From Acutalibacteraceae bacterium (GTDB taxonomy: Bacteria > Bacillota > Clostridia > Oscillospirales > Acutalibacteraceae): 64,000 nt of DNA. Every line of letters begins with the position of its first letter. Positions within the stretch are counted from its first letter, which is position 1. The DNA is taken from NCBI GenBank assembly GCA_045613045.1, contig JAZLAF010000013.1:22802-86801 (forward strand). Reading direction: 5' to 3'. Below are positions 46,264-54,878 of the stretch, in pieces. The position numbers and the translations under genes are program-made. The notes under the pieces were generated by a model that was not told where the DNA came from, did no database searches, and worked only from the letters and a program-made list of their open reading frames with translations.

Positions 46264-48177
46264 ATGAAAAAAATAATTTCGGTACTTCTTTGTGTTGTGA
46301 TTCTTATTACAACCTGCGCTTTCGGTGTTTCTGCTTATATCAAGGATGAAAGCGAAATATCCGATTATCCCGTTGTAATTGTGCCCGGTTACAGCTCATC
46401 AACACTCTATATCGGTGACAGCTATGAAACGGGCGAAAGAATCTGGGGTCTTGATTTCGATTACGTTCTTGACCGGGTTCTTGCAAGAATTGTTGATCTC
46501 GGAATCGGTCTCGGTGCGATGACAACAGGCAATGCCAAGCTTATCGCAAAAACTCTCGGTGAAGAGATTTCAGCTCTGTTTGAAAAAATGCGTTGCAACC
46601 CCGACGGCACGAGTGCTTACGACGTTAAGAGAAAGTACGTAACTGCCCAAGAGAGCAACAGCGCATATATGCTTGAGCATCTGACGGATACGGATGACAG
46701 ACACGAAAAGGAAATCGCAGAGGTTATCGCACAGTACGTTGGTATTGAGAATATCTATAATTTCACAAGCGATTTTAGAATGGGTCCCGAGCATTGTGCA
46801 GGTCTGCTTCACGAATTCATTCAGGACGTCAAGAGAGTTACGGGCAAGGATAAGGTAAATATCTTTGCAGTCAGCCACGGCGGTCAGGTTACCGCAACAT
46901 ACCTCAACCTTTATGGTCATTATGAGGACGTTGATAATGCGGTGCTTACAGTTCCTGCAATCGGCGGAGCAGGTATTCTCTATGACGTATTTAACGGTGA
47001 TATCGATTTTGACGAGGAATGCCTTATCCGTTTCATCGAACACGGAACAAGAAGCGAAGAGGACTATAACTGGCTTGTTAAGGCACAGCAGCTCGGCTTT
47101 GTTGACAATATACTCGAAGAGCTTATTCCCGAAATCTTCCCGACCCTCGGTTATTGGGGCAGCCTTTGGGATTTCTGCCCTGCAGATAAATATGAAGATC
47201 TCAAAGCAAAGTTGCTTGATGCGGAAGAAAGTGCACCTCTGATTGAAAAGAGCGACAGATTCCACTATGAGATTCTCCCGACAATGGGTGAAAAGCTTCA
47301 GAAATGCATTGATGATTACGGTATGAACGTTACAATTATCTCGGGCACGGGTAACCGCATTGTTACGGGTCTTATGGAAAATTCTGACGGCATTATCACC
47401 ACAAACGCTTCAACCGGTGCAACTTGTGCGCCTCTGGGTGAAAGATTTGCAGACGGTTACGTTCAGATTAATCCTTGTGACGGCAAAAATAAGGTTAGCC
47501 CTGATATGGACGTTGATGCTTCAACAGCATATCTGCCCGACAACACCTGGTTCGTTGACGGCCTTTTCCACGGAATGACTTTATGGGATACCTATACGTC
47601 AAGCCTTCTTATGACAACGCTGTTGACAGATAACGTTACCGACGTTTATTCGGATCCCGATTATCCTCAGTTCAGAGATACGAGCAATGCTTCTCACTGT
47701 GTATATGCTGAATTCAACACCGCAGATCCCGGCATTCTTGACGGTGAAGCAACAAGCCTTGTTATCACAAACTGTTGCTTACAGAACAGCGTAAAGCTTG
47801 AAGCAATTCACGTTGACGGTCTTGATATCGATTTTGCTCTTGAAAGAGTTACTCTTGCTCCCGGTGAAAGCGTTGAAGTTCCCTTCAGCGGTGAAGTTCC
47901 CGAAGTCAGCAAAACGGTATTCAGCATAACGGTTTATTACTCGATGGAAACACTGACGCCTCTCGGTTACAGAACGCAGAATTTCACTGTTATGAATGGT
48001 GACGCGGTTGAAAATGCAGGCGGAACGGTTCCCTCATCAGCAGAAACACCGTTTGATAAAATTATCACCGATGGTGTGGCAAACATTCTGAAAAAATACG
48101 GTCTGTACGAGCTCTTCTCAATGCTTTATACGATGATATTCTATCGTCTTGCACCTGTTTTCAAAGCAATTATATAA
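46264..48177 (+). CDS. Secreted alpha/beta hydrolase (lipase/LCAT-like) with C-terminal Ig-like region
   Basis: Signal peptide; PVVIVPGY, nucleophile AVSHGG, PAIGG, SDGII. Confidence 0.7.
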   Translation: MKKIISVLLCVVILITTCAFGVSAYIKDESEISDYPVVIVPGYSSSTLYIGDSYETGERIWGLDFDYVLDRVLARIVDLGIGLGAMTTGNAKLIAKTLGEEISALFEKMRCNPDGTSAYDVKRKYVTAQESNSAYMLEHLTDTDDRHEKEIAEVIAQYVGIENIYNFTSDFRMGPEHCAGLLHEFIQDVKRVTGKDKVNIFAVSHGGQVTATYLNLYGHYEDVDNAVLTVPAIGGAGILYDVFNGDIDFDEECLIRFIEHGTRSEEDYNWLVKAQQLGFVDNILEELIPEIFPTLGYWGSLWDFCPADKYEDLKAKLLDAEESAPLIEKSDRFHYEILPTMGEKLQKCIDDYGMNVTIISGTGNRIVTGLMENSDGIITTNASTGATCAPLGERFADGYVQINPCDGKNKVSPDMDVDASTAYLPDNTWFVDGLFHGMTLWDTYTSSLLMTTLLTDNVTDVYSDPDYPQFRDTSNASHCVYAEFNTADPGILDGEATSLVITNCCLQNSVKLEAIHVDGLDIDFALERVTLAPGESVEVPFSGEVPEVSKTVFSITVYYSMETLTPLGYRTQNFTVMNGDAVENAGGTVPSSAETPFDKIITDGVANILKKYGLYELFSMLYTMIFYRLAPVFKAII

Positions 48178-48180
48178 AAG

Positions 48181-48219
48181 AAAAAGCAGGAACGGATTTC
48201 CGTTCCTGCTTAATTTTTT
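48181..48219. terminator. Bidirectional intrinsic terminator
   Basis: AAGCAGGAACGG-ATTT-CCGTTCCTGCTT flanked by A and T tracts. Confidence 0.8.
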
Positions 48220-48226
48220 CCTTCAA

Positions 48227-48409
48227 TTAAAAACCGAACCAGTTCTCAAGGAAAACGTTAACTGCAGCCCAGATGGGATTCCAGATATCGCTGTACTTTG
48301 TGAGAAGTTCTGCGAGCCAGTCGAAATCAAGAGTTTTCATATCGAGGTTTGCAAGTGCATTTACGAATGCAAGGAAAAGCTCCTGAATGCCTGCGGTATT
48401 AATTTCCAT
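48227..48409 (-). CDS. Small amphipathic acidic protein of unknown function (60 aa)
   Basis: AAGGGG RBS, own perfect promoter, downstream terminator, codon choice like the highly expressed genes in the window. Confidence 0.7.
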   Translation of the reverse strand: MEINTAGIQELFLAFVNALANLDMKTLDFDWLAELLTKYSDIWNPIWAAVNVFLENWFGF

Positions 48410-48466
48410 TGAAATATCCCCCTTAAAATTTTTTCAGAGTACTCCTCAATGGGAGTTTACGGCATC

Positions 48467-48495
48467 ATTATAACCCAAGCGTTGCTGTTTGTCAA
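48467..48495 (-). promoter_or_regulatory. Perfect sigma70/SigA promoter for the 60-aa ORF
   Basis: Minus strand TTGACA-17 bp-TATAAT. Confidence 0.85.
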
Positions 48496-48528
48496 CAAAC
48501 ATAATTTTAACAATTTATTAAAATCGTA

Positions 48529-49776
48529 TCATACACAATAGTCTTTATATCTGTCTATCAGGGCAACGTCGGCAATCAATTCGAGATAAAGACCGTCTGC
48601 TCTGTATTCCTCAAATGATATTACACCGTCTTTGCGCATAACGGCACCTGCAGCACCGTCGGAATAAGGGATGAGCATTTTAACCTTTGCTCTTGTGGGC
48701 GGAAGCGCTTTTGCAATTACATCAAGCAAATCGTCAAGACCCTTCTTTTCAAGAGCAGATATTCTGACGGAATTCGGTTCGTTGAAAAGAAATACGTTTG
48801 AATTCGGCAAATCGCACTTATTGAAAACGGGAATTATCGGTTTTCCGCTGCAGCCGAGTTCGTCGAGAAGCTCGTTTGTAACTTCGAGATGCTCTGCACA
48901 TTCATCATCCGATGCATCGCATACGTTGAGAATAACCTTTGCGCAGACAGCTTCTTCAAGAGTTGATTTGAAAGCCTCAACAAGGTTATGGGGCAAACGG
49001 CGGATAAATCCTACGGTATCGATGAGCATAACCTTTCTGCCGTCGGCAAGAGTGAGAGCTCTTGATGTGGGATCAAGCGTTGCAAAGAGTTTATCCTGCG
49101 CAAGAACACCTGCTTCGGTGAGGGCGTTCATCAGCGTGGACTTGCCTGCGTTTGTGTAGCCGACGATAACAACGGTTTCAACTCCGTCTTTTTCTCGCCT
49201 TGCTCTTGCGAGACCTCTGCGTTTTTCAAGAGCTTCAAGCTCTTCTTCGAGTGAATTTATGCGGCGTCTGATATGACGTCGGTCAGCTTCGAGCTTTGTT
49301 TCACCGGGACCTCTTGTGCCGATGCCGCCGCCGAGTCTTGAAAGCTGGATACCCTTACCCGTAAGTCTGGGAAGAGAATATTTAAGCTGTGCAAGTTCAA
49401 CCTGCAGTTTGCCTTCGTTGCTTCTCGCTCTGTCAGCAAAAATATCAAGGATGAGCGTTGTTCGGTCAACAATTCGGGTATCAACCGCTTTTTCGATATT
49501 GCGAAGCTGTGCAGGTGAGAGCTCACTGTCGGCAATAACAAGGTCAACCGCGTTGTTTTCGCAGAATTCTGCAAGCTCCTCGATTCTGCCGCTTCCGAGA
49601 AAGGTTGCAGAGTCGGGCTTGTCTCTCTTCTGCCACATTCTGCCGATAACCTGCGCACCTGCGGTTTGCGCAAGTTCTTCAAGCTCGTCGAGAGAAGCTT
49701 CGCAGTTATAATCGCCCGTATCAACGGCAATGAGCACCGCTTTTTCGGGTTCTTGTTTGTTTTCGTAAAATTCCAT
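48529..49776 (-). CDS. hflX: GTPase HflX
   Basis: ELSPAQ.RN, EGKLQVELAQL, GTRGPGETKLE, GYTNAGKS, FATLDPT, DTVGF, NKCD. Confidence 0.97.
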   Translation of the reverse strand: MEFYENKQEPEKAVLIAVDTGDYNCEASLDELEELAQTAGAQVIGRMWQKRDKPDSATFLGSGRIEELAEFCENNAVDLVIADSELSPAQLRNIEKAVDTRIVDRTTLILDIFADRARSNEGKLQVELAQLKYSLPRLTGKGIQLSRLGGGIGTRGPGETKLEADRRHIRRRINSLEEELEALEKRRGLARARREKDGVETVVIVGYTNAGKSTLMNALTEAGVLAQDKLFATLDPTSRALTLADGRKVMLIDTVGFIRRLPHNLVEAFKSTLEEAVCAKVILNVCDASDDECAEHLEVTNELLDELGCSGKPIIPVFNKCDLPNSNVFLFNEPNSVRISALEKKGLDDLLDVIAKALPPTRAKVKMLIPYSDGAAGAVMRKDGVISFEEYRADGLYLELIADVALIDRYKDYCV

Positions 49777-49803
49777 AGAAATCCTCTCAAAATAAAAGCT
49801 GTA

Positions 49804-49832
49804 AAAAGCCGCCTCGGAATGAAGCGGCTTTT
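49804..49832 (-). terminator. Intrinsic terminator between the hypothetical gene and hflX
   Basis: Minus strand AAAAGCCGC...GCGGCTTTTT. Confidence 0.65.
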
Positions 49833-49844
49833 GGTTTTGAAGTA

Positions 49845-51608
49845 TTACTTGATTTCGATTGATTCTGCAGCGATGATTGCGCCTTCACCCTTGTAGCTGA
49901 TCTTTACGTTGCTGCCGGTGTTGAGAATAACAACGCTTTCGTTATTCTTTGCGGCAAATGAGAAGTATGCAGGATTGGAATCAAGCTTGATATAGTAGTA
50001 GCTTTCGCCGCCCTTAACTGCAGTTCTGATGTCTGTAACAACACCTTCTACGATAAGAGCCGTTGTGGCAGTCTGATCTTCGGAGGGAGTATCGGTATCG
50101 ACGTTTTCGGGGTTGATGTCGGTTTTGACACCTGCTTTTTCTTCAAGAACTGCGAGGTAGTTCTTGAGGCAGTCTGCAAGGTCTGTACCTGTTGCACCGA
50201 TGTTGTTATACTGACGAACGTTGATGAGAGCATACTGCTGAACGATGTTGCTGTCATCCTTGAGTGACATAAAGTAAGTGGGTTCGCCGCCGATATTAAG
50301 AAGAAGCGGGAAAGTTGCATTATAACCAAGGTCTTTTACTCGGCCCTGAGCAGCACTCTGTGCGGAGCTTTCGGTACCGCCGGTTACGCTGTAGAACTTT
50401 GTTTCCTTTGTTCTCTGGTTAACAAGAACGAAGCCGGTGATTGAGTTATCGCCTGTAACTGATGTAACGCCTGTGTACATCCAAACGTCATCACCCTGAG
50501 CAATGTAGTTATAACCCTGAGTTGTTGTAACAACTTCCTTCTGGCCGAGAATTGAGTTCCAGAAGCCCTGGCGGTATTTACCGTAGTAGTTATACTGCTC
50601 AACGATGAGGTCTGAATCATATACACGGTCAATCCACTGGAGAGAAGAATCTGTTTTGATTTCTTCAAGTGAGTATTCCTTGCATTCGCCTGAAATAGCA
50701 TCAACAAGGACGATTGACTTAACGTCTGTACCGCCGAAAAGACCGATTGTCTTATCGAGAACGGGGCATACCCAATAGGGATGGTTATCATCGGTTACTT
50801 CAAACGTTGCATCGCCGAACATATAGGTGGGATAGTTGAAGCGAAGATGACGGCCGAGGAAATACTGGAAATGCTCTGCGGTTGTGAATCTGATGTTCTG
50901 GTCGAGCTTAACGAATTCGGTCTTTTCACTTGCCATATCAATCTTGATAAAGCCGGGGAGACCTGCTCTTGTGTTATAGAACCACTTGATGATGTTATCA
51001 TATTCAAGAGGAACAACTCTTGTGGGGTTGCCGTTGTAGTTAATCTGGGTGTTGTTTTCAGCCGAAACCTTGAACTGTGATTCAAGATTGAGCTTTGCAA
51101 GGTCACCGAGAGCTCTTGTTGCGAGCTGGTTTGCGGAGTCACTGTCAAGCTTGGGAATAACCTTGAAGGTTTCGGCTGACTGTGCTTCAACGTCTTCTGC
51201 GAAAGTTTTTGTGTCATCAACGGTGATAATCTTGCTGTAAGCTTCTGCTCTGAAGAACTGGCAGGAAACAAGGTATCCTACGCCGACAACAAGAACAAGG
51301 ATTGCGATGATGATGAGGGGAACTGTTGCCTGCTTTTTAACGTAGGGCATATATTCGGGCTTTGCAAGAGCTTTTGTGAAGAGCGCGCTGAAAGCAACGA
51401 ATGATGCCGCAACAAGTCCGAGATAAAGATAGAAATCGTATGATTTGAAGTTAACTGCAGGAAGCATAAAATAGAATGCAACCAGCGCAAAAACTGCTGA
51501 ACACACAATAGCGAGAATGGTTTTGAGAACGGCTCTCTCGGGGGGGATAACAATATCGGTTTTGTTGCTGCCGCCCTTGTTTGAAAAATCAACCTTAATA
51601 GGATCCAT
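49845..51608 (-). CDS. Membrane-anchored protein of unknown function (3 N-terminal TMs, large extracellular region)
   Basis: 587 aa; GGAG RBS; motifs YFMSLKD and LLLNIGGEPTY. Function not recognised. Confidence 0.7.
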   Translation of the reverse strand: MDPIKVDFSNKGGSNKTDIVIPPERAVLKTILAIVCSAVFALVAFYFMLPAVNFKSYDFYLYLGLVAASFVAFSALFTKALAKPEYMPYVKKQATVPLIIIAILVLVVGVGYLVSCQFFRAEAYSKIITVDDTKTFAEDVEAQSAETFKVIPKLDSDSANQLATRALGDLAKLNLESQFKVSAENNTQINYNGNPTRVVPLEYDNIIKWFYNTRAGLPGFIKIDMASEKTEFVKLDQNIRFTTAEHFQYFLGRHLRFNYPTYMFGDATFEVTDDNHPYWVCPVLDKTIGLFGGTDVKSIVLVDAISGECKEYSLEEIKTDSSLQWIDRVYDSDLIVEQYNYYGKYRQGFWNSILGQKEVVTTTQGYNYIAQGDDVWMYTGVTSVTGDNSITGFVLVNQRTKETKFYSVTGGTESSAQSAAQGRVKDLGYNATFPLLLNIGGEPTYFMSLKDDSNIVQQYALINVRQYNNIGATGTDLADCLKNYLAVLEEKAGVKTDINPENVDTDTPSEDQTATTALIVEGVVTDIRTAVKGGESYYYIKLDSNPAYFSFAAKNNESVVILNTGSNVKISYKGEGAIIAAESIEIK

Positions 51609-51694
51609 AGGTTCATCTCCTTGAAATAAAATATTCTCATACAGTATAACCTATTTATAATAATAATACAAGTGTTTTTTGTAAAGAATGATAT

Positions 51695-51724
51695 TTGACA
51701 AAGTGTCGGGTTTCGTGGTATTAT
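51695..51724 (+). promoter_or_regulatory. glyA promoter
   Basis: TTGACA-18 bp-TATTAT with TG extended -10. Confidence 0.6.
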
Positions 51725-51766
51725 TCCATTATAATAGATAAATATGGCTTTCAGGGGGTCTTTCAA

Positions 51767-53017
51767 ATGTTTTCAGATTATCTCGACACCATAAGCTTTG
51801 TTTCAAAGTATGACAAGGAAATCGGAGATGCAATGGCATCCGAGCTTGCCAGACAGAGAAGAAACATCGAACTCATCGCATCCGAAAATATCGTTTCACC
51901 TGCCGTTATGGCAGCAATGGGCAGCGTTCTGACCAACAAATATGCAGAAGGCTATCCCGGAAAGAGATATTACGGCGGCTGCGAATGCGTTGACGTTGTT
52001 GAGCAGCTTGCAATCGACAGAGCAAAGAAGCTTTTCGGTGCAGAAGCAGCAAACGTTCAGCCTCATTCAGGTGCCCAGGCTAATATGGCTGCTTATTCAG
52101 CAATTCTTCAGCCCGGTGACGTTGTAATGGGTATGAATCTTGCTCACGGCGGTCACCTTACTCACGGCTCACCCGTAAATGCAAGCGGTAAGCTTTATAA
52201 ATTCGTTCCCTACGGTGTAGGTGAAGACGGATTTATCGATTATGACGAGCTTGAAAAGGTTGCAAACGAAACAAAACCCCGTCTTATCGTTGCAGGCGCA
52301 TCAGCATACGCAAGAACAATCGATTTCGAGCGTATTTCAAAGATTGCAAAGGCAATCGGTGCATATTTTATGGTTGATATGGCTCATATTGCAGGTCTTG
52401 TTGCCGCAGGTCTCCATCCCTCACCCGTACCCTATGCAGATATCGTAACAACAACAACTCATAAGACACTCAGAGGTCCCAGAGGCGGTCTTATCCTTTG
52501 CAAAGCAGAGCTTGAAGCAGCTATCAACAAGGCTATCTTCCCCGGCAATCAGGGTGGTCCTCTTATGCACGTTATTGCTGCAAAGGCAGTTTGCTTCGGC
52601 GAAGCTCTTGCTCCCGAATTCAAGGAATATCAGAAGAAGATTATCGCTAACTGTGCAGCTCTTGCAAAGGGTCTCACAGCAAGAGGAGTGAACCTTGTTT
52701 CAGGCGGTACGGATAACCACCTTATCCTTGTTGACCTTCGTTCACTCGGCATCACAGGTAAGGAACTTGAACACAGACTTGACGAGGTTTATATCACAGC
52801 TAACAAGAACGCAATCCCCAACGATCCCGAGAAGCCCTTCGTAACAAGTGGTCTCAGACTCGGCACAGCAGCTGCAACATCAAGAGGTCTTGATGAGGCT
52901 GATATGGATAAGATTGCTGAATTCATTTATCTTTGTGCAACCGATTTCGAAAACAGTGCAGACAAAATCAGAGAGGGCGTAACAGAAATCTGCAATCGCC
53001 ATCCTCTTTATGAATAA
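51767..53017 (+). CDS. glyA: Serine hydroxymethyltransferase
   Basis: [50 protein letters not shown]; start at MFSDY. Confidence 0.97.
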   Translation: MFSDYLDTISFVSKYDKEIGDAMASELARQRRNIELIASENIVSPAVMAAMGSVLTNKYAEGYPGKRYYGGCECVDVVEQLAIDRAKKLFGAEAANVQPHSGAQANMAAYSAILQPGDVVMGMNLAHGGHLTHGSPVNASGKLYKFVPYGVGEDGFIDYDELEKVANETKPRLIVAGASAYARTIDFERISKIAKAIGAYFMVDMAHIAGLVAAGLHPSPVPYADIVTTTTHKTLRGPRGGLILCKAELEAAINKAIFPGNQGGPLMHVIAAKAVCFGEALAPEFKEYQKKIIANCAALAKGLTARGVNLVSGGTDNHLILVDLRSLGITGKELEHRLDEVYITANKNAIPNDPEKPFVTSGLRLGTAAATSRGLDEADMDKIAEFIYLCATDFENSADKIREGVTEICNRHPLYE

Positions 53018-53037
53018 TCTGAATGGAGATGAAAGAA

Positions 53038-53901
53038 ATGAAAGGTATTTTTACTGCTCTTCTCACACCCTTTAAGGATGACTACTCAATCAACGAAGCT
53101 TCACTCAAAAAGCTTGTTGAGTTTAACCTTGAAAAAGGCATCAACGGTTTCTACGTAGGCGGAAGCACAGGCGAAGGTCTGATTATGACCTCCGAAGAAC
53201 GCAAGGAAGTTTTCCGCATTGTTAAAGAAGCTGCAGGTGACAAAGTGCCCCTTATCGCACATTGCGGTTCAATCTCAACCGATGAAGCAATCAGTATGGC
53301 AAAAACAGCAGAGGATCTCGGCTACGATGCAGTTTCAGCAGTTGCTCCTCTCTACTACGGCTTCTCATTCCCTGCAATCAGAAAGTATTATGATGATATC
53401 GTTTCAAGCGTAAACATTCCTATGGTTGTTTATAACTTCCCCGGCGGAAGTGGTGTAACCTTCACAGCGGATTATGCAGCTGAAATGTTCAAGGATGAGC
53501 GTTATATGGGTATCAAGCATACCTCAAACGACCTCTACACACTTCATCAGTTCAAGCAGAAGATTGACAGACCCGTCACCATCTTCAACGGCTTTGACGA
53601 AATGTGCCTTGGCGGTCTCGCAATGGGTGCAGACGGTGCAATCGGCAGCACTTACAACTTTATGGGCGATAAGTTCATCAAGATTTTTGAAGCATTCAAT
53701 GCAGGTGATATGGCAACAGCTCAGGCTATCCAGACTGAAGCTAACGAAATTATCGCAGAAATGATTAAGTATACAGTTCTTCCCTGCGAGAAGGCAATTA
53801 TGACTCACCTCGGTATCGATTGCGGCCCCTGCAGAAGACCTTTCCTTCCCCTCACAAAGGAAGCAAACGAAGCTATGGCACGCATTGCAGCGAAGCTTTA
53901 A
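53038..53901 (+). CDS. nanA: N-acetylneuraminate lyase
   Basis: KGIFTALLTPF, YVGGSTGE, VYNFP, GIKHTS (Schiff-base Lys), FNGFDE, GSTYNF. Alternative in-frame ATGs at 53023 and 53029. Confidence 0.85.
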   Translation: MKGIFTALLTPFKDDYSINEASLKKLVEFNLEKGINGFYVGGSTGEGLIMTSEERKEVFRIVKEAAGDKVPLIAHCGSISTDEAISMAKTAEDLGYDAVSAVAPLYYGFSFPAIRKYYDDIVSSVNIPMVVYNFPGGSGVTFTADYAAEMFKDERYMGIKHTSNDLYTLHQFKQKIDRPVTIFNGFDEMCLGGLAMGADGAIGSTYNFMGDKFIKIFEAFNAGDMATAQAIQTEANEIIAEMIKYTVLPCEKAIMTHLGIDCGPCRRPFLPLTKEANEAMARIAAKL

Positions 53902-53916
53902 TTCAATTACATAGAC

Positions 53917-53960
53917 AAAAGCGGATTGCAGAGATTTCTCTGCAATCCGCTTATTTTTTT
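53917..53960. terminator. Bidirectional intrinsic terminator
   Basis: AAGCGGATTGCAGAG-ATTT-CTCTGCAATCCGCTT. Confidence 0.85.
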
Positions 53961-54747
53961 ATTGAGCTGTTGTTTCCTGAACAAACATATAATCAGGGGA
54001 GAACGCAAGACCAAGTGCACCTGCAGCACTCCAGTCAACGGGGATTTCAAAAATTCCTGCTGTTGCGCCGAGTCCGGGAGTGATATCGGTTTTGTTGAAA
54101 ACAAAAGTGATACCGAAGCCGTCAACCCAGAAGTTAATGGGATCGAAATTCGCTTCAAGGTTGTTGAGCTTATCCTCGGAAAGCTCGGTTTCCGCGAAGG
54201 TGTATCTTGCACCTTCTTTAAGCTGTGTCATCAAAGCTTCGTGGGTTTCTGCTTTGCTCTGGAGGAAAAATTCCTCGATGTTATATACAGTGCCTTCGGT
54301 GAGGTTGAAGGTTCTTGCTTCAATGATGTTGCTGTTTTTTGAATATGAGGTTGTAAAAACAACACTTGCGATATATTCGCTGTAATACTTGATTTCGTGA
54401 GAGATTTTGATTTCTCTGGGGCTTGTTTCCTCTGCTCTGAAATTCTTGACGTTGATTTCAGCAAAATCAAAAGCCTTGTCGAGATAGAACTCGGTTACGT
54501 ATCTGTTGAGCAGGTCTGCGACGTGCTGTTCGCAGTTTTCTGCGGAGAATTCAGGGACACTGTAGCTGACTTTATAGGCAACCTTGCCTGCGTCGTTCTT
54601 GAATTCTTTCACGCCGTCCGCAACCTTGATTTCAGGGATTGCGGAGTCATTGTTGTTGCTGCCGCCGTCAACCTTATCGGATTTGCAGGAGGCGAACAGT
54701 GTGAGCGAAAGCACAAGAACCATTATGATTGCAATGATTTTTTTCAT
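53959..54747 (-). CDS. Lipoprotein, possibly DUF4163/DUF3298 (RsiV/PdaC-like)
   Basis: Lipobox FASC; ARTFNLTEG, NFWVDGFGITFVFN. Family call is tentative. Confidence 0.55.
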   Translation of the reverse strand: MKKIIAIIMVLVLSLTLFASCKSDKVDGGSNNNDSAIPEIKVADGVKEFKNDAGKVAYKVSYSVPEFSAENCEQHVADLLNRYVTEFYLDKAFDFAEINVKNFRAEETSPREIKISHEIKYYSEYIASVVFTTSYSKNSNIIEARTFNLTEGTVYNIEEFFLQSKAETHEALMTQLKEGARYTFAETELSEDKLNNLEANFDPINFWVDGFGITFVFNKTDITPGLGATAGIFEIPVDWSAAGALGLAFSPDYMFVQETTAQ

Positions 54748-54878
54748 TTTTAAAATCCTTTCGATGCTGAAGTGTTAACTCATTTTAACAGATTAAAGGA
54801 AATTATTCAATAGTTTATTGCTTTTTTACAACTCATAGTATAAAATAAGAGTTGAAATTGCCCCAATGGAGGTGCGTT

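Noticed and set aside
51609-51766. ZTP/pfl riboswitch before glyA
   Set aside because: The leader after the promoter is about 40 nt, too short, with no conserved aptamer features.
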